A stretch of DNA of 63,830 nt, filler included, from Bigelowiella natans CCMP2755 (lineage: Eukaryota; Protista; Cercozoa), in the NCBI GenBank assembly GCA_000320545.1. It is 7 parts of 7 records of this genome, joined end to end, with 100 filler letters (N's around TTAATTAATTAA, not from the genome) between each part and the next. Parts side by side here need not be neighbours in the genome. Positions count along the whole stretch, not along the records: positions 10,993 to 38,023 come from ADNK01003156.1; 6 more parts are not named here. One strand, given 5' to 3'. The notes beneath the pieces are model-generated. The model had not been told where the DNA came from. It searched no databases and saw only the letters and a program-made list of their open reading frames with translations. Every line of letters begins with the position of its first letter. Position 1 is the first letter of the stretch. Position numbers and translations under genes: made by a program. Shown here one piece after another: positions 12,741 through 22,409 of this stretch.

Positions 12741-13665
12741 ATGTCCAAACCCATCCTTTTCAAGTGTGACGTCTCCGCTAACAGCGTTTCAACCATTGCT
12801 TTCAATGCCTACTCTGAAATGAAGTGTGAGGAGAAGGTCAGTCGCGTAGCTTCTCACAGGGATGGTGATGATCTGACGCACGTCGTTTTTTCCAGTTCGT
12901 GGATCTCTTGAAAGGGGAGTCCAGGACCAAGGAATTCATTGCTATGAACCCCATGCACGTTTGTCCTACCTTGAAATTGTCAGACGATGTCGCTGTGTGG
13001 GAGTCGAATGCAATCCTCCGTTACATGGGAAATGCAACTAAAAAGGGATACCCTGCGGACCTTGTCCAGCGTGCCAAGGTAGTACTTATCTTGTTACGAC
13101 ATTTCAAGTGAATCCTGAATTTACCTTCATCGTCCACTAGGTTGACATGATCTTGGACTACCGCCAATGCGGTCTATATCCTGCAGTATCAAAAGTTGCC
13201 TACCCCCTCCTTGGATTCGCCGGTGCTGCCACCGCTGAGGAGACAAAGAAAAACAAAGAGGCATTGGAAGTCGAGATTAAAAAGTGAGACGTTTTAAAAA
13301 TCAACTCGTGTATGAGTATTGTCACTAATCGTTTATCGTATTTGCTATCATTCAGCTGTGCTGATGCATTCCTGAAGGAGGGCAAATTCCTTGGAGGCAA
13401 TGCGGAACCCACTATTGCCGACTTTTCAATCGTATCAGCTCTGGAGTTTGCGAAAGTTGTCAAGGTTTCTACCCATTTAACACCTTGGATGATAGTAGCT
13501 AATTTTTGGTCAAACTTTTCGCTCGCACGTTCTACTTTTCAGGGAATCAAGATCGACAGCAGGGTCACCGAATATCTCGAACGATTCTACAAAGCCGTCC
13601 CTGTTTGGGCCAAATCCGCCGGAATATGCCAAGGCTACGTCAAGGGTCAGCTTGAAAAGCAATAA
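12741..13665 (+). CDS. GST: Glutathione S-transferase, theta-like (5 exons: 12741-12836, 12896-13078, 13141-13283, 13356-13464, 13543-13665; 217 aa)
   Basis: Four short GT-AG introns; motifs FVDLLKGESRTKEFIAMNPMHVCPTL, WESNAILRY and FLGGNAEPTIADFS. Confidence 0.93.
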
Positions 13666-13899
13666 GCGCCGGCAGAATCAAACATGCCATCGGTTTGATT
13701 TTGATGATGCCGCAGCGCCGCTACCGCAAAATTTCGAATGCGTGCTCGCAATGATGGACTGCCTGCCTGATGATGCAAACGTTGACGAACCCGAGAAGTG
13801 AGACTCTGATTTATTGACTGACATCCTTGCATGTCTGCGTCATTGTGTGCCATGCAATAAATAAATAGCTCTTGGCCATTTATGACCATCATCATCATC

Positions 13900-15620
13900 A
13901 TCAGGCGTGCAGATTGTTGTCTTCACCATCATTACCTCCGTTAACAAAATGAAGCATTTGCATGAGGCAGCGCACACATCTAGACGTAGCGCATGCTTCT
14001 TCGTGCAACCACGTGCACGAGAGCTGCATGCCGCCCATCATTGCACGCATGGATCATATTGTACGTATATGCGAGCACCAATAATAATATAGTGGCAGAC
14101 GCAGCAGGCTACTTGCATGTCGCGGCGCTCTAATTTGCGCGAACTCATTGCGTTGTCACGCGGCCATCATCAATGGCTAGCCTGCGAGCACGCCGTTGCT
14201 ACGCTGTTGGTGGATGATTCTGCTGCCATCTGCGTCACTGCGTCGATCTGCCAGCACAGATCTCAGAAGCTGTGCGCTCGCTATGCAATGCATGGATGTG
14301 ATTTGAAAGTTGAGAAGAAAATAAAATAAGTTGAAAAAAGAAAATGAACATTTTTGAGGCAATGGCTGCCAAGCGTTTGTATTCAGCCATGTTCGATGAT
14401 TCTTGGACCTCCATCATCCAAGTCTTTGCATTCTGGATGCAAGATGTGCTGTTGAAGCTCAATTCTGAATGTCAAAGAGGATGGATGCTCAATGATTATG
14501 TCCGAAATCAAAATGAAAAAAAATGGACAGCACGTGGTGAAAGTGATTGTGGCAAGGTGGGATTCTTCGGCGGAACATTGCAGAAGCAACAGGCAACTTT
14601 TGACACATATTTTTCCATGTTTCCTCATCATCCCAATGCAATGCGGGATGCATGCACACGTCGTGCGCGCATGTATATCGGCTGCTTGTACGACGACGAC
14701 GGCATGCAAATTTTGAAAAATGTAGGTGCAGCGCATGGGCACTTTCCAACACTGTGTGTCTTTGGCAATTTGTCAATTCGGCAAATTGCAATGCAATTGC
14801 AGTGCTAGTCACCACATGATAGACATGCAATACACAATATATATAATATATATAGTGTATACATGCAATACACAATATATATAATATATATAGTGTATTG
14901 CTGTGTCTATTATCCACAAGTCATGGAGGCTGCATTGTCGCACGCAAGCAAAATCCCCGATGTTGTCAACAATGCATTCAAATTGTCTCTGCTGCCTAGC
15001 AACATGTCAACGACAATGCAACTTGTGTTCACAATGTCAATGACAACATATAAACATGACTTGCACTTGCACGACGTGTGTTTTGAAATCAATTGATTCC
15101 TCAAAGCACATTTTTGTAGGCACATGCTGATGATTTCAAACAGACAGTGTCAATGAGAATCTCATGTTGTCAACTATACAACAGCTACACGTGTCATGTT
15201 GTTGACAACACATGTTTAGAACACATGCTGCTACAATGTGACACAGTGTCGACAGTGCATGTTTTGAACTTGTGGTGCACTCACGAAAACGACAAAATGT
15301 CAAATTGTCACAATGTTGTCAAGTAGGTAGCCATGACTAGATGAACGACATGCATTTGCATGCGCGCTGTGTCGATGCATGTTACGTTGCTCGTTGTTGT
15401 CATCAAGCCTACGTTACACAATTTGAATTTCATTACGCTATGACTAAACATGTAGGTACATGTAAAAAATATAGTGTAAATAATTTATATGATATATATA
15501 GTATATACTGCATATACTGTGTCTATTGCTATGCTACAACAAGTGCTGCATTGCGCGCGAAAACTCTTTCTATTTCATCACATATGTACGATACCGCAGC
15601 GCATGCATGTAGCTAAATAC
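13900..15620. pseudogene. TG/CA-rich decayed island containing a 154-codon ORF (14344-14808) and repeats
   Basis: Strong tgca/catg/tgtg enrichment; translations rich in Cys/His/Met; lies between the convergent 3' ends of the GST gene and the gene at 15745-16911. Confidence 0.45.
14823..14898. repeat. Perfect 38-bp tandem duplication
   Basis: acatgcaatacacaatatatataatatatatagtgtat at 14823-14860 and 14861-14898. Confidence 0.95.
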
Positions 15621-15744
15621 CCTGTAAAATTATTATATATGTCTATATTTATTGACATCTACTGGCGGTAATTTGATTATTATATTTACATCAATTTATA
15701 TCGGAAGCGTTTCTTGATAGTTGTAACAAACATATCCATATTCT

Positions 15745-16911
15745 CTAGCTTAGATTTTTCAAGGTAAGAACGACCAAAAGCAGCGATAAAATTGACAACA
15801 CTGCAATAGCAATCTGATTGATCATAGGAGCTGGGTCACTGGTTTCATCTACCCATCCTATTGTCAAGTAAAGAAAATGAACTTGATTCGCATGAATACC
15901 ATATCTAACATTGCACTAATTTATCGCAGCTGCTGATGTCTTCCATGAGGATATACATAGATACCGTGAAATATGCATTTAGGGTAGACGATTTTTTGAG
16001 CAGAATTAAGAGATGGTGATTATGCAGCATGGCATTTCGTACCACTTCATGATAGGAAAAAATGAGAAAGCCAGAAACGTCACACCACCACGAAGGCACA
16101 TGTACCTTTGTCGCGGTACTTTCCACTCAACGGCTGTCCGTTCTCATCCTCGAAGTTGTTCGCCTCCAACTGACAATGAGTGATAGTGAAGGTGATGATC
16201 ACATGTCTGTCAATAGATTCTCGTCCTCTTTTTCTCCCCCACTCCCCCGATCACATGTTGTCCCTCGTTATATCGTCAGTTTGTTCGACTGCATTGATTC
16301 TATCAAGGTGCTCGTACCTCAAGGACGACTGTCCGCTTGGGATCATCAAGATTGATTTCCTTGATGTCTCCAGCCATGGTACCCATCCCCTTTTAGTTAT
16401 CAAATCAATTTGGTTAGGCTGGCGTCTTTCATTCGAAAAGACACGAGAAAGAAGGTGTCCACAAGTTTGTTATAAAATCTTTGACCATAGATATGAGCTG
16501 TCGTACGCCGGACCAATCTACTCCCCTCTTCTCCTCCTCTTTCTCTTCAACTGCTTGTTGGTCAGTGTCGCCTTCACTCTCAGCACGACATCTCAAAAAG
16601 TGCGGAGAGTAGCGAGGCGATCGCGGAGATGTGAAGCGATGGCTTGTCCTACGGAGCAGAGGGCTTGCGCGGCCATGGCTGCACGTAAAAATCTAGTTCG
16701 AAAATGGAAATATATAGGATTCAACGAGATTTCTTTACCTAGATCTCATAGACACGGGACGATAACTTCCGCCATGGACAGAACCTAGAAATGGACGAAA
16801 CGAAGGGGCAATGGAAGTCTCACAAACAATGGCGCGTTTCCAACGAATAACATAAAGAAGGTCGTTCTCACCCTTAGTCGCCACGAGCACGAAGAGCAGC
16901 CAGAACAACAT
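15745..16911 (-). CDS. Putative plastid-targeted single-pass membrane protein of unknown function
   Basis: Spliced model MLFWLLFVLVATKG (signal-like), then an Arg/Ser-rich acid-poor stretch ending RCRA, an acidic region, DIKEINLDDPKRTVVLELEANNFEDENGQPLSGKYRDKGWVDE, and a C-terminal TM IAIAVLSILSLLLVVLTL; one internal junction is uncertain. Confidence 0.55.
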
Positions 16912-17413
16912 CGACTAGCCAACAGAAAACAACGCAACGCTGTGAGTTTCAGGCGCAAAAGACAGCAGCGTCGGAATGAGGAGGAAGAGGGGGGATTACA
17001 GTAGGCAGGCAAGAGAAGTGGTTCCGAGCTTTGCTGTGCTGGTTCTCGTTGTTTGTCGTCGACCACGTATCCAGCGTTGCGACTTAACTTTCCAGTCGAT
17101 TCGCACCTCATTTGAGGCTTGCGACTTGCAAAATACATTCGATTCCTGGAAAAAGAACGAAGCCACTGCTCGCGTTTTGGTAAAAATATACAACTGGAAA
17201 CATCTTAAGTAGAAACTACATACCCTGGACCGTAATGAGATCTGCGAATTCTGCTTTAACAGGCTGGCTTTCACAGCCCTACGTATAATTTGTGACATAT
17301 TTTGGGTATTGTTACCGCTGTACGATTTCCGTTCTGGACTCCCATCCCCCCCTCACCAAACTCTCCTCGTACTCAACTGGGTGAATTCCTCAGTAGAGGA
17401 GGGGAATTTTACC

Positions 17414-18334
17414 ATGTCGCTGAGGTTGCATTCGCACGAAATACGTGGATTCTTGTTATCTACGGTGAGCCAACAAGTTCATCGCCACATTTTTCACGTT
17501 GCTTCTCGATTACACACGACTACTTACCTATAGGTCCTGGCGAGCTGCCTCATGCCCTGCGTACAGTCAAGACGACCGACTTCTCAAGCAAGAAAGCCAC
17601 TTGTCGCATGCTCGAATTTTTTGGCTCAACGGACTTCGTTGATGGCAGCAACTACAGCCTCTCCCTTCCTCTCAAGGAAGGCATCGAGGAGCTCGCGACT
17701 GATGTTCATCCTGGCACAGCAGCAGGACGGAGAGAACAACAGGCAGAAACAACAGGAGGTTGACTGGGAGGGCGAATTCAGCAGGTCTTCATGTTGTTCT
17801 TCCTGCTCTACAAAATCATGAACCAATGTAATCGTTGTCACCGTCACGAACATCCTAGTCATATTCGTTTGGCATCGTCGCCTCATAATCATCTTCATCA
17901 CAACCTCGTCCGCCTCGCGCAGAGTACGACAGCAACGGGAAGAAGACAATAAACCGATCAATACGCTGCAGAAGCAGGGGTAGAAATGTTTAAATGGATA
18001 CACACCTTTTTCCAAACGACCTATCTCATACCCAATTTTCAAATGTTAGTTGCATGATTTATCCCTATCGCTTTTCTCTCCACTTCCTCCTCACACACTA
18101 AAGTTCCCCCTTATTTTGAATTACCAGTGGGAAGCTCCTAGAAAACGCCAAGAATATCGATTTAAAGATGCCAAAATTTGAGGGCCCAGGAAAGGGTAAT
18201 GTTGAACAATTCACGGAACTACTGTTTCTGAATATACAATCAATATATACTCTTGTGACATTCGTCGAGTGATATGGAACACCCACATTGTTTTACGGGT
18301 TCCTTTTCATCGTAGCCAGCGACTTGACACTCGA

Positions 18335-18376
<42 letters not shown>

Positions 18377-18618
18377 TAAAATACCTTTCTCAACCTGATT
18401 ACCACCCTCCACCCCGTCCCTCGCATAGTCCACTCATCTTTTTTTAAAAATATTACAGAAGCTGGATTCAACCCCGAATTCAACCCAACAGTTTTGTTTG
18501 CGATTCTGGCCTTGGTAGTATTATCCACTTTGAAATAAAGTACATATTTTCTCGGCAACGCATTTTCTTTGTCTTTTAGTATTCCTTGTTCTTGGTGTTA
18601 ACGTTGTTCTATCTGTAA
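17414..18618 (+). CDS. Putative plastid-targeted single-pass membrane protein of unknown function
   Basis: Exon 1 17414-17464 and exon 2 from 17534 give MSLRLHSHEIRGFLLSTVLASCLMPCVQS + RRPTSQARKP...SRKASRSSRLMFILA + ...EVDWEGEFS; later exons GGKLLENAKNIDLKMPKFEGPGK and EAGFNPEFNPTVLFAILAL. Stop is 18538 or 18618 depending on the last intron. Confidence 0.55.
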
Positions 18619-18861
18619 TGATGTGTTTCATAACAATAATTCCGCTTTGGCCACTTTGTACCCTCCTCCTGCTCCTCCCTCATATGTAGCTGGCCTTCGC
18701 CACGTCCTTACTTCAGTCCTGGCAGGCAACTGTCGCTACTTTGAAGTAGTAGAAATGCTGTGTGTGGCCTCACCAGCTATGACTAACCCATCTTCACATT
18801 GCGGTGGTGGGATATCCACCGCGTTTGGACCACAATTCGCATGATCTACAGCTGGATTGCT

Positions 18862-19259
18862 TCACATGTGAGCCCCACTGAATGCATTGAAACGCTGTGA
18901 TGGGATTGCACTGCTTGCCATCATCAACAAGCAAGAGAGCAGACTCTCCAACTCCCCGACAACAAGCCTGACATGAAAACCTAGAAACACTTGCGTCGCT
19001 GAATCATGATGCAATTGCAGCAGGCAGTGCAGTTCTGTGTGATCTTTGCTTGTTTTGTGCATGCGGATGCAGCAGTGACAAGTCCGACAAAGATCAATCA
19101 ACATGGTTAACAAACAGAATAACAATGGATTGTGCACGAGCATGTCGATCATGTCGCATTGAAACGATCTGGCTTTGCACACACAGCAGCAGCGATCAAA
19201 ATTGCGCACTCTTGTGATTGTTGATTTTGCTTTTCGAGGATCCCCAGGTCCACTCAAGA
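18862..19259 (-). pseudogene. Decayed reading frame, 3' part (split from 24176-24630 by the LTR element)
   Basis: After removing the element and one AAGA copy, the frame is continuous with 24180-24630; TG/CA-rich, Cys/His/Met-rich translation. Confidence 0.45.
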
Positions 19260-19585
19260 TGTTGCGCGTAAGGTGTTCACAGGCCGAGGCGCTACGTGCA
19301 CAAGTAGGCAGGGGGGGGGAAAGGCACGTTTGCTTCCTTTTGAAGAGTTGTGTTTATTTTTATTAAAGATTATATTTTTATTAAATCGTGCACTGCGTAA
19401 TCATTCGCGAAGCTTTCGCGAATGCCGCCGCACGTGGGGCAGCACACTTCCGGTGTGCTGCCATGAGTCCCGCCGGAACCCACGTGCCTATGCTGTATTA
19501 ATATCTACGTTATCTATATTCTATATCCGCGACAACCCCTTTGTTGTCGCACGTGACTTGTGCCCGCGTAGTGGTACGCGCTACA
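19260..19585 (-). repeat. 3' LTR of copy 1 (326 bp)
   Basis: tgttgcgcgta...tacgcgctaca; no difference from the other three LTRs found by eye. Confidence 0.97.
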
Positions 19586-19593
19586 CCTCCCCC
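19586..19593 (-). promoter_or_regulatory. Polypurine tract (GGGGGAGG)
   Basis: cctccccc on the plus strand directly abuts the 3' LTR. Confidence 0.85.
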
Positions 19594-19636
19594 AAGTCAC
19601 GTTGCTCCTTCCTTCCTTCCTTATTCCCTTATACCT

Positions 19637-22306
19637 TCATCGCTTTCGGAACTTCACCAACCACCAGGTAATAGATTCCTCTCTAACCTTATCTCCTTTG
19701 TCGCTTACCCAGAACTCACCTTCGTCCTTAGGTTCGTGTCCATACCAGCCCTCTGCATCAAGGTCCCCCAGGACCTTATACCAGTGCTCAAAGGGTAAGT
19801 CGGGAACAGCTAGGTAGAGTAGCTGATATTTTCCGTCCTTTATTTTCATAGCTACCCTCTCCATATTTCGTAATCCAGGGTAGCCTAGATAGACAATCTT
19901 CATGCGCCAATCGTCGTTCACCCTGACCTTATTGTTTCCATATTCCACATCGAACTTAGGTCGGGGTCCTAAACAAGGCATTGCTCGCTCCCACACAGTA
20001 GGGTTTACTTTAACATCCTCTAGGAGCTTCTCACCGATATCATAATTCTTTAGGTGACTGATGTGGCGCAAGGTGACCCTGTTCCCATCATAGATGTAGT
20101 ACTGCTTCCTCCCCTTCCTCTCGGTAACCTTTGCAACGCCACCCCAGAAGGGGTCTTGTTTATTTCTCGATCTCAGATTTACCTTGGCCCTAACATACTG
20201 TCCTTCCTTTAGAACTCGGCCATCGTACGGGACCTTCTCGTCTTCGCTCTCGGTATCGTCGTCGTTGTCGTCGCCTTCTTCCCTCTCCTTATCCTTGATA
20301 CCTCCCCCAGACGTGAAGGTGTCGTTTACTAACCCTTGTATCTTGTCTGGTGTGGTGCTATTTATCCTGCTTAGGTTGGCCAAGGTGCGGTGGAGTCGCT
20401 CTACCTTGGAGTTGGACTGGGCATAGTATACAGGTGAGGCATCAATATTAGGGTGTGGTAGCTGTAGAAGAGAGGTCTCATTATCCACATGTAACTTCTT
20501 TGGTATCTTGTTTATGCTAACTTCATCAGGGATAGCCTGGAGCTCAGACTCCCAGGTACGGTAGCAGTTAGTAAGCCTCTGCTTATATAAGCCTTTGTTC
20601 TTCTTAGCAACGTTGACCTTGATAATCTTTTTAACCCAGCACTTTCCAGTGGCCACATCAACGAAGGTAAGGTAGTGATAGCCATCGTACTTATAAACAT
20701 CAATTTGCACGATATCTAAGAAGTTCCTTGCTTTGATTTTCTTAGATGCACGGCTCTTGCTGGACTCCTTGGTGGCGACGCCTGCCGCCTTCAAGCTGGA
20801 GCACCTGCAGCCACGCAGGTATGTCCTTATCTCTTTTAGCTTGTAGGGCCAGTAGTAATGGTAGAGTAGAGCAGTGATATGGTTTTCTCCTACGTGTGCA
20901 GGTCCATGGGCGGTAAAGAGAAGGGCTCCCCTGGTCCGCCGTGGCACGTAGGTACGCCTAACATTATTAGTGTATACATATATCCTATCACTAAGTACCT
21001 CATGCTTGTGTTTGTATTTATCCAGGTGTTCTTGAAGGTGCTGGAGCTCCTCTGGCTCAGGCAGGAAGTCGCCGTCCTCGAAGGTAATCGCGTTAACCAT
21101 AGGGGTGACCTGGGTAGGGACTTTCTTTTCGAACAGCCTGCTGAAATAGTCAGCAAGCTGCTTGTCTCCTGGTGCGTAGACCACTGTCCTCTTGTCCCTA
21201 AACTCTTCCGTGTCCGCCCTCATAGCTGCATACTCATCGTTAGGCGCTTCGAGCTTGCGGTCGATGCCTAGGAGGGGCTTGTGGTCAGTCATTAAGGTGA
21301 AGCTGGGCACCGACAGCAGGTAGTATCTTAGTTTCCTCTGCGCCTCAGTCATGGCTTTATACTCTCCTTTTGTAGGGCTGTACTTGGCCTCAGCTGCTGT
21401 GCAGGCCCTGCCCCACACCCGTATGATCTGCTGGTCTTGGGTAAGTACAGCAGCCATACCTAGCTTAGACCAGTCTGTCCATAGGGTAGCTGGTCTAGTA
21501 GTGTCTAGCTTAGCATTCAATAGGGTGTTGCTGCATAACTTTATTAGGTTATCGAAGTGGGCATCAAGGCCAGCCTTGGCCCACACCTTAGCGAAGCTGA
21601 GGCCTACAGAGTTCTCCTTCCGGTAAGCAGTAGTAAAAGCAGCTGCAGTCCTAGCGTAGGTAGGGGAGAACCTACGTAGTATCCAAGCTGCAGTCTGCAA
21701 GAATGACTTTAACTCCTTTGCATTCTTAGGTTTAGGGGCTTGCTGTAGTGCTGCTACTTTCTCGGGGTTTGGGGTGATGCGGCCTTGCTCCAGGTAATAT
21801 CCACACCACTTGATTCTTGTAGCTAGGAATGTACACTTCTGCAGTCTAATAGTAAAACCGAAGTGTGCAAACCTAATAAATATATTTTCCAGGAGGAAGA
21901 TCTGAGCGACGACTGTGTTGGTACATATTATGTCATCATCCACATACACAAACACAAACACCCACAACACAGACGCCATCCCATCATGTGTGTATGCCCT
22001 GTAGTTCTGACTACTGAACGCATCCCCTGATATGCTTAGGCCGTAAGGGAATACGACGAAGTGCCACTTCCTGTGCCTGCTGGAGAACGCGGTAATGGGG
22101 CGGGAGGTTTTGTGGATGGGTGTCTGCATGTATGATTCATTTTTATCTAGGGAAGAGTAGTATTTGTATCCTATGACGTGTTCAATAACGTCATCTATCC
22201 TTGGTGTAGGTGTCTGGATCCTCTTTATTACTCGGTTGTGGCGGATGAAGTTGTGCGCCAGGCGGAAGAAAGGGTAAGTAGGTTTCTTAGCTAGCACATG
22301 TCTCAC
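19637..22306 (-). CDS. Pol remnant (RT-RNase H-integrase-MTase-like tail), uncoupled from gag
   Basis: Same sequence as the C-terminal 889 aa of the copy-2 polyprotein; annotated start is GTG; protease lost in the deletion. Confidence 0.85.
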   Translation of the reverse strand: MRHVLAKKPTYPFFRLAHNFIRHNRVIKRIQTPTPRIDDVIEHVIGYKYYSSLDKNESYMQTPIHKTSRPITAFSSRHRKWHFVVFPYGLSISGDAFSSQNYRAYTHDGMASVLWVFVFVYVDDDIICTNTVVAQIFLLENIFIRFAHFGFTIRLQKCTFLATRIKWCGYYLEQGRITPNPEKVAALQQAPKPKNAKELKSFLQTAAWILRRFSPTYARTAAAFTTAYRKENSVGLSFAKVWAKAGLDAHFDNLIKLCSNTLLNAKLDTTRPATLWTDWSKLGMAAVLTQDQQIIRVWGRACTAAEAKYSPTKGEYKAMTEAQRKLRYYLLSVPSFTLMTDHKPLLGIDRKLEAPNDEYAAMRADTEEFRDKRTVVYAPGDKQLADYFSRLFEKKVPTQVTPMVNAITFEDGDFLPEPEELQHLQEHLDKYKHKHEVLSDRIYVYTNNVRRTYVPRRTRGALLFTAHGPAHVGENHITALLYHYYWPYKLKEIRTYLRGCRCSSLKAAGVATKESSKSRASKKIKARNFLDIVQIDVYKYDGYHYLTFVDVATGKCWVKKIIKVNVAKKNKGLYKQRLTNCYRTWESELQAIPDEVSINKIPKKLHVDNETSLLQLPHPNIDASPVYYAQSNSKVERLHRTLANLSRINSTTPDKIQGLVNDTFTSGGGIKDKEREEGDDNDDDTESEDEKVPYDGRVLKEGQYVRAKVNLRSRNKQDPFWGGVAKVTERKGRKQYYIYDGNRVTLRHISHLKNYDIGEKLLEDVKVNPTVWERAMPCLGPRPKFDVEYGNNKVRVNDDWRMKIVYLGYPGLRNMERVAMKIKDGKYQLLYLAVPDLPFEHWYKVLGDLDAEGWYGHEPKDEGEFWVSDKGDKVREESITWWLVKFRKR

Positions 22307-22409
22307 GTTCCATGGTGAGTTGCTTGGCTCTATCTTCCCTTCCTTTGCCCATTCATTGATCTGCCACTCTATCTTTTCCCAGTCCGCTTCCGGTCGCCTA
22401 TGTTCTGGG

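Noticed and set aside
14823-14898. 38-bp, 39-bp (56064) and 93-bp (7284) repeats as CRISPR-like arrays
   Set aside because: Only two copies each, no unique spacers, no cas genes, eukaryotic context.
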